A stretch of 64,000 nucleotides of DNA from Torpedo marmorata (taxonomy: Eukaryota), in NCBI GenBank assembly GCA_977017645.1, contig OZ360230.1, forward strand, positions 93,248,001 to 93,312,000. Direction: 5' to 3'. A model generated the notes under the pieces. That model saw nothing but the letters and a program-made list of their open reading frames with translations. It did no database searches and was not told where the DNA came from. Shown piece by piece: positions 37,242 through 51,014 of this stretch. Position 1 is the first letter of the stretch; every line of letters begins with the position of its first letter. A program made the translations under genes and the position numbers.

Positions 37242-38940
37242 TCAGGCTGTCACTGGAAATGCAAGTTTTTCTGGTTTTGTTGTAAAGTAATTCCCTCTTA
37301 GAATTTCAGCCAAAGCAATGATAGAGCTGCATTTGTCATACAAGATAATACATCGGAACTGTGCATGAAATTTGCTGAAATTCAATATTGGGGGAAGTTC
37401 ACTCAGTCAATAGTACTTGTTACAGAAAATTGTATGATTTCTGAATGGACTGAATTATGGAATTCCTATTGTATTCAGGCATTGAATTGATAAAAAAAAG
37501 TCAAGATCAGTGGTTGGTCTTATTAACACTCCTTTAATTAACACTGACAAAATGGGAATAAATTGATGTGTCCTTAGAAAGGGATAGTGTCCAAGGAATA
37601 AATGGAAAAGGCACATTGATTTTAAGGAAAAAAGCATGGGGCCCATTTTAAAGTCTTATTTTGAGAATTGAAAATTGCTGCAAGCTCAAAATATAGGAAA
37701 GTTATATTTATGGCTTCACCATTGGAATAGCACAGATTCTCCAGCTGTGAGACACTCTAATACAACTTGCATCAACAACATCAAGCCCTTTGTCTTCCTG
37801 TTATCTCAATGTGACAGTGAAATTTTAATTTTCTTGGCTTTGTTACAAATAAATTAACTTACCATTTCAATTGTATTAACATTACACTGGTCCTGAATGC
37901 CACTACATGATCAAGAATAGGAAATGTTAATTTAGCAGGTCTTTAATTTTCCAACATTTCTCTTCATTAAGATATTTTTTGACAAACATTGCCAGTTTAT
38001 TTAACTAATAGAAAAATAATTAAGAATCAGATGTAACAGCAGACTGTTTTGTAATAGAATTTAATTTTTGTCAGCTGTCTCACATTTATATGCATTGACT
38101 GATCTCTACCCCCTTCGTATGTCAATTGCTAACATCAAACATCAATCTGTTTCAAGAGCTAAATCAATGAGAGAAAACACAGCTGTCCTGGATAAAGAGA
38201 GCAGTATCTGAGAATTGAATTATTAAGTAATTACTCCCTTCAGAGCTTGCATTAAGTTTTTCATACATGCCCCTGAAAAGTGCAGGAAGTGTTTTGAAAT
38301 AAATTTGCCTGCCATCTGGAAACAATTGTAGTTTAAAAGCCTCCAGTTAACTTGGGCCTCATTGGCTTGTCCATATTATCCTAGATGTTTACTTAACTTT
38401 AGAAAGCAAAATAAATAACTTGATTATCAGATTTATGCTAACTTCACAAAGCAAAAGGAATTTTTGTTATCCAGACTAAATGTAGGCAATTAGCCCAATT
38501 CATGATCATAATTGAGAGGATATTTCATATGATGCCACTTCTGATTGTTAGTATTCTCACTGTAATACAAGTTCTCCAGATAAATTCCACACAGACTTAC
38601 TACTGGAATGTTAGATCACTCCATGTGACACCCTGACAGGGTTAAGGCCAAAAATCAATGTACTGAACCATTTCTTTGCTTCTATCTTTATTTTTAACTG
38701 CCAAATCTTTAGTTTAATGAATAATAAAGATATTCTAGGTAACGGTTGAAATTATTTGTCCTATGACTTTCGAAAGCCTGGGAGCTACAAAAATTGGCAC
38801 AGCACAACACTCGATGATAGTAGCATGCATATTCCCTGTAGCAAATTCCTCTGTGTTTATTTAAATTGTTAAGACTTTATTCCAATATTTTGCCAATAAA
38901 TGGGAACAAACTTTTGGTAGTTTATAGGAAGTGAGGACAC

Positions 38941-38993
<53 letters not shown>
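38941..38993. repeat. (GT)n(AT)n microsatellite
   Basis: Directly visible. Confidence 0.97.
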
Positions 38994-38997
<4 letters not shown>

Positions 38998-41900
38998 AGA
39001 AGATCCCTTTTTAATCGTCAGATCACATATGATCTCTTCCCCTCTGTCAGTGGACTTTGAGTTTTTGGACGAATTATTAAAGATTTGAAGATAATTCACA
39101 TGTTCACATGCGGAATTGGAGTTTTGCACTTTCTGAATGCCTTGAGCTAATGTTTTTAGGAAAACCTCGTGAAAATCGGCAAGCTAAAATAGAATTATTA
39201 ATGACTTTCACAGAAATAGTTAACTCATTCTAGAGTTCAAAATAGATTCTGGATAAATTTACTCGTTAAACATCTGGCCAATTAAGTGTTTTAATTCATG
39301 AAAATTTTAAGGGTAAAATATTAGATTGCAAAAATTAACTGGTTATAGAAAAAATATATATTTTAGGAACAACAATTTCCAGGTGTAACTGATGTATTGT
39401 CTCAGCTACTGGTTGACATTTTTCATTCCTTGTGATGTTTTTGAGAAACTTGTCAAATTATTAAATCTCAATTAATTGTTCTTGAGATGGTTTCTGGAAA
39501 ATGTTCTTCAGTAAGAAATCCAGATTTTGACATTTTTTAGTCTAGATTGTGTGTTTGTAAATCATGGTAAAATTATCAACATTTGCTGTCATTAAACTAA
39601 AGCTTTTCAGCAGGTTTGATTTTTTTTTCACATGTGGAAATCCCAACATTACTGTTATTGATGGATTATTTCGCCAATTTGGTTCAGTCTTAACAGAAGG
39701 GAAATCACTGAAATTAATGTGTACATTATTTCCAAGCTTGTTTTATTGTAAAATGCACTGAAAACAATACATTTTCTTGCCCAAGGTCAAATGTGTTTTA
39801 AATAGCATACCAAACTACAGGTGTTTCTAAACAAACTGGAGGTCCTAAAAGTCTAACTATATAAATGAACTAAGTTCTGGATGCAAGTATTTCTAAATCT
39901 ACTGGATTTTAAGTCATTTCAGTTTCTACTTAAATAATACTTGTATTTTCTTAAAATTAAAACTGCACCTTTCTTGGTTTGCTGCCTGAGAATTCTTCTG
40001 TGAGAGCTCACTAAAGCGATAGCTCAGCCAATGTGATGACATCACAGCTGCCGGATGCCAGTGGTCTCATTTCAACTGATGCTTAATAGCTATCAACATC
40101 AGAAACAAAGTTCCCTGCTATGAGCATCTTTATGGGAGTTTGTCTCTGTCAGCCATCACTTGGCTGCTTGCAACAAATTGTGTACATTGACTACACCCAA
40201 TTAATTTATTTTTACACATTAGGCACATTTGTCTGCACTCTAAAACTGTGCTTCCACATTTTTTTGCAATGACTATCTGCACAAAGTTTTCAGCACCAAG
40301 AACTGAAGGCATTTTGCATAAATCAACCTCTCAATGGTTTTTTTTAAATGTACTTAATATATAATCTTCTGTTTATGGTAGATAATATCTATATACGGTG
40401 GTTTAGTTTATTTTTGGCTTGAACAGTATGGAAGACAAATATCAAGACCTAAATATTTAAAACACTCTTCACAGGTTGAAAGGTGGGAGATATGCAATCA
40501 AACAAGTTTTAACACTTGGTGCTGATTCCCACATGCCTCCAACCAGGATCCTTCCTTCCAGTTCATCAATGCTCTCGACTTGCCAAACACTACCAAAAAT
40601 ATCACGAAGAGTATCATGGCTGCATATCTTGCATTTTGGAACTCAGCAGTACTCAAGTCATGAAAAACCTGTTTTGTGGACTGTCTTGCAAGTTTATAGA
40701 TTATACAAAAGGGAGTATAAGTATATATGGATTCGTATCTAGTTCAATGCATGTTACAAAATGCTTGCTCAAATCTACCTGCAATGACTGATGCAAACCA
40801 TCATATGCAAAATCCAAAAGAAATGAGATTCAAAAATGTTTGCGACTTAATTTCAATAATGCAAAGTCTTATTGTATGTAATGTTTAAACGGAAATTGTG
40901 CAAGTGAATTTCTATAACAGAAAAAAAAAACTTCTGGCTGATCTGTTATAGTCGTTTTTTTGATGGGAACAGTTAAATTCCTTTTATCCTGTGTATTAAT
41001 TTACTTTCTTGAGCAGCTGATGCATTTACAGCACAGCACCTGGAGGTGGGGTTCTGTTCGGCAAGAAATGAAGCCTGCAGGCATTGACTTACCAGCCCTT
41101 TTCATTTAAAATTGCAGTAGATTCAGTGTTATGTTAGGGAGAGGCAACTCTGGGAATTAAAACAAGATGTATAAAGGAAATGTACTGATTTTTTTAAAGG
41201 ATTCGAAATGGCCAGTAGTAGGTTAAAACACAGTATTTTTATATTCTTTGATTTAATATTTCAGTGACATATGCTTCTTATTTACAATCATGACACTTGA
41301 TGATTTGTAGGTTTATTTGGCAACCATTAAATATTCACATTTTGTTCAGGTCTAAGTTTTTAATTGATTTTTATAAAATTCAAAATTACTAGTTATTATT
41401 TTGGGCACTTGATAAATAGCTTTATCATTGCTGAACAATCCTTGTATGGTAATATTTCCGAATGAGGTTCCTAGTTGTAATAAGATATTAAAAATGTATG
41501 CCTCGGTTATTCACTGAATAGGCCTTCGATTATTTTGAGCATTGAAGGTGTATATGAGGGCTGCCTTGTAGTGAACAAAAGTAACAAAGCTGATATTGTT
41601 TTAAAGTCCTCTTGTTTCATTTGAATTATTCTGATTTGCTCCAAGTTTTGTATCACATAGGATGACCTACGGTAATTGGTTAAGCAAAATTGAATTATGT
41701 TTTTGATGGCATTTATGACTTCATTCTTCCAAATATTCACACTAGTATAAAGCCAAAGGAGGTAAATTTATTGTTGCTGATTTAAGAAATCTGCCCATTA
41801 CGTTAATGTATAATATGACTTTGTAGGGCATGCTAGTTTCTGCACAATTGTGATCTGCAGACTGTCGCTGTTTTAAAAAAAATACATTGCTGGTAAAAAG

Positions 41901-43178
41901 ATAGGGAGATGTGGTCTTTTTTCACCATTTATTAAGAGCTTTCACCCTAATCTCTCTGCATTTACTGCAGTAGGGGATTTCTACCCCCTGTTACTGTCAT
42001 TATTGAGCTTTTAGATCATAAGCTGAATCGTGTAATTTGTCCTGTCCTCCAGCTTTTGCTCTTTGGGCTAATTGCTTTATTGGGATGACTTGGCTAAAAT
42101 CTAGATCCTTTCAGTATTGGAGGAAGATGTAGAGAAACCAGAAGCTGAGATGCTTGATTTATAGTATCCAATATAAAAATCCTGAGTCCTGCTTATATTT
42201 TTGATTTGTAACAAAAAAAAACAGTAGTGTAGATCTAATAGGCTCAGTAAATTGGCTGTACATTTGTGAAAATGACATGGTTACTTTGGTCAAGAATTGG
42301 GGAGGGGGGGGTTTGTATATATTTCATAGGACCTTACTAATTGATTCAATTTTACAACACTTGTTTTATTACATCAGGAAACAAATTATTGAAGTCAAGT
42401 AAAATGTTACCTTCTAAGAAATTAATAATAGTCATAGCCTTCATTTATCAGAAAAATTCATCGCCAAAATGGCCCTAAACAATAATTTGTGGTTGTCCGG
42501 TGATTACAATTGTCTTGCAGTGCAGTTGAGGACATACAGCTTTCTTCCTGTATGTGCTTGTGATATGATTGATGTATGGAGTTTCACAGGTTGCTGTTGG
42601 TATCACACATGATGCTTAAAGGATCCAAATTTTGTGGGATTGTTACTTTCTAAACTTGTCAGATTCTATCTGAATTAGCACAAATGGAGGAAAATAGTTG
42701 TGGAAACCATTTTATGTAGAGGAGATAGTTGATGAATTAGAATTGTTTTGATAATAGATAGCAAAGAATTATTTAAGGGAAACAAGCACGCAACTTTTAG
42801 ATTCAAATCTTTCCTATTCCATTTTTCTATATTGAACTTTTATAATGGATTTAGCATGTATGTTAATTTCATGTTGAAAATACTCCCAAGACCAGTTCTT
42901 AAACTCTTAGGATAGTCAGTGCATTGCTGCTGGTAATGGTAATGATCAAGACATTTAACTTTCAAACGTAGAGCATTATGTAATTTAATGGATTGATGTG
43001 AAATTAAATTGTGCAGACTGCAGAACATGGAATTCTGCAGGCCTCCAATGTAGCTGCACTTCAGAATGGTAGTGTGTCTTTTGGCTGGGACTTGAGATTC
43101 TTTTACAAACCTTACATTAAAATGGCACAAATAAGGAAGCAGTTTTAAAATTGTTATTGTTTCTTGATTCCTTTTCAG

Positions 43179-45470
43179 TTTGATGTGTTAGATAATGAAG
43201 TCTTTGCTCATTTTTCAATTTGAGATTTTCCCAATGTGATGTTTGCAGGCTGTTTTCGGCATTTGCAGGGCTTGGAAACATGGTCTTTATTTAATAGAAC
43301 TGTACTGTGACTTTGTAATCTTTGAACATTCACAGTTGCAGACTACATTGACTTTCTGAAAGATTCCCTATTTTAATCAAATTTACGGACGTGGCCACCG
43401 TAGAAAGATTATTTTAAAATAACTGTTTTTGGTGCTTGTTCTTTTAAATATTTACAAATTAAAATATTACATGAAAAATGAACCTAAAACTAACATCCTG
43501 AAACCAACACTGTACACTGGACTAATGCTTTAATTTCCTCTGTATTGAAAAAAAATGTATCGCCAATTAGTTCTATTTCAACCCACCAACAAAACTAATA
43601 TGTACTGAATTTATGGTCTTATTTCTATTGTGGGATCAATGTGGGCAATGTGACTGAGTGCAGAATGGACATTTCAGAGTGTAGTTTTTCAAATATGCAA
43701 TCCTCGCTTCTGTCATTATCATTTAGAATCAGTTGTAGTTCTGCAATAATAATTGCATACCAATAGTGAGTGAATGAACAAGACTGAATCAACAGTGCAG
43801 AGCTATTTAGGCAGTGTTCGTAGCTAGCTTATACACTTCCTTTTCTGTAATCTATATTTTAAGGAGAAAATAATGGCTACTGATATGAAGAAAAAAATTT
43901 AACCATGGAAGCCTGTCAAGGGCAATGTGTAAGGGTAACACTGTTTATATCTGGGAGTTTCTTCATATTACACTGCAGCACGTGTGCTCTTGCTGAGCTT
44001 GACATTTAATTTTTTATTAACTTGGCAGACCAAATTATGCTTCATTGCACAAATTATAATAACATCACTCTCATTTGGTGCTATTGCCACCAGTTTGTAT
44101 TCATATATACTACTCACATTTTGGTGAGCACTCGTTGAGACATTTTTTTTAAAAAGTCTGGGTGGGATGAAATCCAAATTTTATCTTGACATCCCGAAAC
44201 TTTTCAGGGGCCATGGTTGGAATATGCAAATTGATATACAACTTTATTGCAGTTTGGAATGCATGCTGGCCAATTGAGCTGTTGCATTTTTAAAAGGAAC
44301 ATGTAATTTTAACATTATAATTGTGTTCCAACTTCCAAAGATTCCATTCAGAGAAACTAATAGACTTGTGATTTTGCTTAGACACTGATTGAGAATGATC
44401 ATTGTTGAACTAGTGTGTATTTTGGTCCATGAATATCATATCCAATTAAAGCGTATATTCCAATTTACCCAATGCCTCAGCAAATCTTTCATTTAAACCA
44501 AGTTGTATGTCATCCTTTAGTAGTATTCATTGTTCAGTAATATGCAGCTGGCTTGGATTGGGCTAAATACAAAAGTTGCTCTAAATCCAGGTCAAAATTG
44601 TATTTTTCTGCATTTGTTATAAGCATGCATGTATGTATGAAAACATTTTAACAGCTGGGTTGTCATATTCTAAAATACTGGATTCCTTCCATGCTATTTT
44701 TCTCATGAATTTGTGTGGTGATGCAGAGGGTCTCTTCTCTCCTCACTTTATGCTTTGTGAGGACCAATTGGGAAGCCAGCAACAGGGCATAATCTGAAGA
44801 ACCATTAGATCCCTAACAAAGGAGGTGTCATCTATTGTGAAAATCTCCCTTCCCCTGCCCCCCCCCACATCCATCCACCTCCTACTTAAATTCTCATCAA
44901 AGCCAGTGTCAGTGTACAGGAGCAATTCAGGTGATCCAAAATATTTTGCTGTTTTAATAAGTTGCAATTTTGAATTGCCGTATTTTACCAAATGAGTAGG
45001 TTTGTGTATGTTGGTGTGCAGTATAATGCTGTTTGACAGCTTTTCTGTTCAAAATAAAATAACCGTATGCAATACATTGGCACAGCAGAATCGACCCAGA
45101 GTTGATGTATGTTTTTGTTAGAGGCACACTTTTTAAAATAAAATAAAATTGACCATTGGACACTGCTTAATAAATAGAAACATATTATTTTGGTGCTTAT
45201 TTAGTCTAGGTCAGTGTTGTCTTCCAAAAAGCAGTTTTAAAGCAAAGCACCGTTTTACATGGATAACATATACCAGAAATGTTGATGTTTCCTTACTGAG
45301 CCAGTTCAATTATGTGTAAATTCATACGTTGTTATTTTTTTAAAAGCAATCTGACCAGTAGGTGAGCTCAGATTTAAAAAAAAAAGAAACTTCAAGGCAT
45401 GTTTATTGTAACAAGAATTGTTATGTATTAATACTTAAGTTTTCAATAAAGATTGACTCGTGTTGCTTAC
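43179..45470 (+). other. FAM168B: Probable terminal 3' UTR exon of FAM168B with poly(A) signal AATAAA at 45445-45450
   Basis: Strong acceptor ttgtttcttgattccttttcag| ending at 43178; AU-rich, TE-free sequence ending in AATAAA, after which TE debris resumes (~45530). Exon boundaries are inferred. Confidence 0.5.
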
Positions 45471-46370
45471 ATCATGGTTGTGAAAATATTTATACTTTTG
45501 AAAGAATTGATACATACCATTAGTTCAAGCTTATTATTATTTGACTGTACATGTACAACCCAATACAACAGCATTTCTCCCAACCACGGTGCATTAACAT
45601 ACATAAGCATAATACACAGTAGATAATAATCACATATATACAAAAAGATATCATTTTAAAAATATATAAATAATTTAGTATGATTTACTCAGTATTGTTC
45701 ATCAATCTCACAGCCTGCAGGAAGAAGCTATTTCCCAGCCTGGCAGTTCTGATTTTGATGCTCCTGTAACTCCTCTATGATGATAGTGGATCAAAGATAC
45801 TGTTGAATGGAAAGAGTCTTCTATAATTCTTTTAAGCTCTATTTAAGCAACGCTCCTGGTAAATGTCATCAATTGGATGGTAAAGTACAGTAAAAATCTA
45901 ATCTGCTGCCCAATTCATAAATCCTCATGATATGGCATCTGGCACACTCGGTCTGCAGTGTGAGCCTGGGATCTGAAGTGTGGACAGAGATGTGCAGCCA
46001 GAATGGGTGTGAGGGTCGTGAATACTCAGGGTTACGTGGACAGGTTAGCGGTCGAAGCTGGAGTTGGGAGAATGGGCAGCAATATTTTGTATCCTGCTCT
46101 CTTTAAGCTCAGCAGATTCATGGGAAAATGTATCAATCACATCACATAAAAGAGTGAAATAATATTTGTTGGGGTGTTCATATTTTTCAGGAGAAACTGC
46201 TGCATTGAGAGCTTTACCATTAGATTCAGTTAACTGACTGCAGATGGTTAAGCAATTTTTCTGTCCTAAACCAGTTTGGTCTGTCTGGAAAGTAGAAAAT
46301 CAGCAAATGTTTTCATTTGCTGCAGCAACACATTTTAATATGAACTCTTCAGGAAACAGTTCATCGGTAT

Positions 46371-47009
46371 GGAGTGAAACATGAAAGTCTGCAGACACTG
46401 AAAAGTACACAAAAATACTGGAGGAACTCAGCAAGTCTCGCAGTGTCCATAGGAGGTAAAGATATATGACCAATGTTTTGGGTCTGAGCCCAAGGTATCA
46501 AAGGGCTCGGGTCTGAAATGTTGGTTATATATCTTTACCTCCTATGATCAATATGGGTTAGCTTTTAAATAAAATGTCTTAAAATGGTAGAATTATCTCT
46601 TTCTGTCAGAGATTCCACCTTTTGGAATCATTTACGTGTGGGAAGACACAAAACCAAGTTCTGTTTTTGAAGATACCACCCATTCATTAATTATTTGGAA
46701 AGATTGTCAACATTTTTAGAGCTCTAGACTATTAAGAAGAGAAAGAGTTTCAAATATGTTTTTAGTCCTCTTTAGAGCCATAGTATGGAGATATGAGGCT
46801 GCAGATGCTGGAATCTGGAGCAAAAAACACCGCAGGATTATCTCAGCAGGTCGAGCAGCATCTGTTGGAGAGAAAGGAATTTGTTGACATTTCTGATGGA
46901 GACCCTGCATCAGGACTGTCCTGATGCTGAGTTTCAGCTTGAAACATTGACAATTTCCTCGACTACTGATGCTGTTTAACCTGCTGAGTTACTCCAGCAG
47001 TTTGTTTTT
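46371..47009. mobile_element. Two palindromic Penelope terminal remnants (46371-46546 and 46795-47009)
   Basis: Inverted arms CATAGGAGGTAAAGATATAT...ATATATCTTTACCTCCTATG and CTCAGCAGG...CCTGCTGAG, centred on hammerhead-like cores. Confidence 0.75.
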
Positions 47010-47778
47010 AGAGCCATATTCTGTTCAGTTCTAGGTGCTTCAACTGAGTAAAATGTATTGGTCTTAGGGAAAAATCCAATTGATTCATAAAATTAATAAC
47101 AGATCCAATTATAGTTATTCACAGAAAATAGATGAACCAAATGAATGCCCAGGAATTAAGATGATTAGGAGACCATTTGGTTATTTTGAAAGGAACTAAT
47201 TAGAGAAAGAGAATAAGAAGTGACGAGTGCTAGGATAATGAACTGGAAGCTTGAAATTGGGTTCAAGATGGTGAGGAAACAATTTTGCATGTAAAGGGTC
47301 AAAGTTTGGAGCTCTTACTGCCAGAAAGTTGATAGCAATCAAGTCAATTATAAATATGAAATTGATTTTATTTTGCTAGATAAATATATATGGAAAAAGG
47401 TAACTGGATGGACCAATGATGATGACAATGTTGAATGGCAGATATGCTTGATTTTGTCTTTTGTGTACTTTGTTCCTTAACGACTATTGCAAGTGCTACT
47501 GGGGGAATGAAGAGCAAGGAGATAATGATGATAATTTGGATTTGACACCAGGAGTGCTTTATTTTTAATCATACTTGTGAACAAGTTGTAGGTTTCCAGC
47601 TGGTTTCTCGTTGCAACATACAACATTACACAAGAAATAGGTGCACGAGTGGGCCATTCAGCACTTGTATCCATCTGTGCCATTCATCAAGATCATGACT
47701 GGCCTTCCACTGCAGCCCCATTTTCTAGCACTATCCCAGATCGGTAGCTATATTTCTGGAATTCAAAGAATTGATGTT

Positions 47779-48830
47779 AAACAAAGTCTGCAGATACTGA
47801 GGTAGAGTGCAATATGTGCTGGAGAAACTCAGCAGGTAACATAATATCTATAGGAAGTAAAGGGTAACCAACATTTCAGGCCTGAGCCCTTCGTCCAGGT
47901 ACGAGCAAAAAAACTGGCATGCACCTGAATTTAAAAAAAAAAATTCAGGGGGTGGGGGTGAAGAGGATAGGAAGGGCAGCAGGAGGAGCACAGGCTGACA
48001 GGTAAGGTAATAGGTGCATGCAGGTGAAGAGAAAAAAGCTGATAGGTGATGGTGTAGAGTAGCTCTCTGATAGGAGAGGGAAGGGGAGCTGGGGGAAAGG
48101 GGATGGGGAAAGAGACGCGGAGAGGGATTTAACGGAAATTGGAGGTCTGTTAATGCCATCTGGTTAGTGAGTGCCCAGACGAAATATAAGGTAGTGTTCC
48201 TCCAATCTATGGGTTGCCTTGGTTTTGCAGTGCATGAGGCCATGGATGGACATGTCAGTGTGTGAATGGGTGGCCACAGGAAGATCCTTGCTATTGCAGC
48301 GTACGCAGCGAAGATGCTCAACGAAACGATCTTTCAAATTCACTGATGTGGAGGTCACAGCGGAGACACTGGATGCAGTAAATGACCCCTACAGATTCAC
48401 AAGTGAAATGTTTCATCACTTGGATTGTTTGGGGCCCTGAATGGTGGTGATGGAGGAGGTGTGGGCGCAAGTGTAGCATTTCCAGCAGTCCCAGGGGTAG
48501 GTATGGAGGGGGCAATGAGTGGGAAGGGATGAGTGGATCTGCGGAAAGCAGAGAGGGGAGGGGACGGTGTGCCTGGTGGTGGGATCATGTCAATGGTGGA
48601 AATTGTGGAGAACAATGTGTTGAATGCGGAGGCTGGTGGGGTGATAGGTGAGAACAAGGTGAACCCTGTCCTTGTTGCATCTCCAGGCGAAGGGGGCCAG
48701 GGCAGATGTGCGGGAAATAGAGGGGATGCGGATAAGGGCTGAGATGATGGCACTAGGGTGGAAGCCATTATTTTTGAAGGAGGACATCTAGGATGTTCTG
48801 GAATGGAATGGAGACGGAGGAATTGAGAGT
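47779..48830 (-). mobile_element. Penelope-like element 3' part (GIY-YIG remnant plus pLTR-like end)
   Basis: HFTCESVGVIYCIQCLRCD..., LKDRFVEHLR..., LEEHYLIFRLGT; end contains CTGGACGAAGGGCTCAGGCCTGAAATG (hammerhead-like). Confidence 0.88.
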
Positions 48831-49239
48831 GGAAGACCTCATCAAATTGATCTCTTTAAATGAATGTAGTGATTGGCTCAGACACCACAGCTGTCTGGCG
48901 TACAGAATGCCATAGGTTCAGCAGATGCTCACTGAAGCAATTCCCCCTCATTTCTGTCCTAAACACCCAAGCCCTGAATCTCAAGCTGTAGTGCCTGGTC
49001 CCAGAGGAAGCATCCTCCACACCAGCTTGTTAAATCCCCCTTCGTGTGAACTAATCCCTGCAGTTTATGGCAAAGCAGCCATTTTTGGATCCACTGCAGT
49101 GAATCTTAGCTGTATGTCTCTCCATGGTAAAAAAACATGCTTAAATCTAAACAAAAAAATACAGAATGTTCCAGGAGTGGTCTCCAAGAAACCATATAAT
49201 TGCAGTCAGATTTCCTCCTGAAATATAAACCTGGGTGGT

Positions 49240-49772
49240 GCACAAATGGACCTGAAATGATGTGCCCAGTGCCCCATTTAGAAAGACCAATGAACCTGAA
49301 AGTGAGAGACCAGCGTCAAATGCAAACGGACGAAAGGCCTACCAGACGGTGCCAGGTGAGGGTCCAGCGGGCCTGAAAGGAATATGCCAGTGTGGTCGCA
49401 AGTGGAACTTGAAGGCAGAAGACAGCGTGAAACACAAGCATACCTGGAAGGGTGAGGGCTAAGCAGACCATGGGGTTGAGGGTCTATCAGACCTGAAAGG
49501 AATACGCCAGTGCGGTGTCCATGTGGAACTGAAAGGGTAATGGCCAAGCAGACATGAAAGTTATACGCCAGAGTCTTGGGACTTGAAAGCAATACGCCAG
49601 AGTCGTGTGCAAATGGACCTGAAAGGGTGAAGGCGAAGTGGATCTGAAAGGATTATGCCAGTGTGGTGCATGAGCGAGAACGTAACGGTGAAGGTGAAGC
49701 AGACCGTGCAAAGCTAAAACCCACGCACCTGAAAGGAATACGGTAGGATGGTGCGTAAGTGAATCTGAGAGG
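49240..49772. repeat. Degenerate complex tandem repeat with recurring GACCTGAAAGG core
   Basis: Roughly a dozen GA(C/T)CTGAAAG-like cores followed by either AATACGCCAGTG or GTGAGGG-type subunits. Confidence 0.75.
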
Positions 49773-50081
49773 AAAAGCAGGAAACAAGGCAGAGGAGTTC
49801 ATTATAGGCCACGGAAAAGGGATGTAATGTTGGATCTGGCATAAATCAAGAAATTAAAGGTAGGGGTGTCAGGGGCAACAATCGAGGGAGAATGCAACCA
49901 ACTCAGACCAGATTACGTATATTTTCATGACAGGTTATAAGATTAATCTGTGGACTATATATTTGAGGTCAGTCTAGGTGCAATTTCAAAGACATTTGGA
50001 CTGATATAGAGATAGGAATAGCCCAGATAGGCAACTTGGCATGGACAAGTTGGGCAAAATCCCCTGTTTACCTGCTGTATA

Positions 50082-50529
50082 CCATACATGTAAAAGTCGA
50101 ATTTTGTAGACCATTCTTAATGCTAAATTTATGGGGTCAATTATTACATGGATACTACTTTTGAGGGGCTGAAATTCACGTTAGAATCCAAAATTCCCTA
50201 TCAGTAGCAGAAGTCCAAATGATCGCTAAACGAATAAGGAAAAACAACCACACTGAATTAAAGTAATAATAGAGTCCAGGCATCAAAACACACGTACTAC
50301 CACAGGAGAGGTAAGGACCGCGGTAAGTATCTGTGTCGTCAGAGGTGTCGGGAGTTCCGATCGACAGGCGGCCAGGGCCGAGGTGTTGGGAGCTCCGGCC
50401 TGCGAGCGGCCGGGCCCAAGGTGAGAGACTAGGGTCGACGTTTATACGAGATATGTGGAAAATTCCAGGTGTTTTTGCCAAAAATAAGGGGTCGACTTTT
50501 ACATGAGATTGACTTTTACACGGATATAT
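50082..50529 (+). mobile_element. Tc1/mariner MITE, family A-related degenerate copy
   Basis: GTAAAAGTCGA / GGGGTCGACTTTTACA sub-terminal motifs and one or two GGGAGCTCCGG units shared with copies 1 and 2. Confidence 0.7.
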
Positions 50530-51014
50530 TCTGGAATTCTCTGATAATCCCTAAGAAGTTACCTGTAAAATTCTTCCTTTCTAGGCTGAATGCCCTCTAT
50601 TTTTGCAGTCTTTTCTCAAATGAAACAATTAAGCATCATAAAAATTATTTAGGCCAGTCAGGCCCTTTTGCAAGAAGTGCAGATACGTGAATAGGAATCT
50701 TTGTTACTGAATTCTCAAAGAGTAGATATGGTGCCAATATCGGTACTGTCTGGTGGGCTGGCAGCCATGGATCATGGATAAACATCTGGAGCACGAGTGG
50801 TCTCATGTAATCTTATTTACATCTAATGTTTCATGAATAACATATGATAGAAAAGTGTGAGCAACAAATTTGGGAGGTATTAGTGTCACAGCGCAACCCT
50901 ATTACAGCACCAGCGACCGAAGTTAGTAGGTTAATTGGTCACATGGGTGTAATTAGGCCATGCAGGCTCATGGCCAGAAGGGCCTGTACTCTGCTGTATC
51001 TCTAAATTTGAAAA

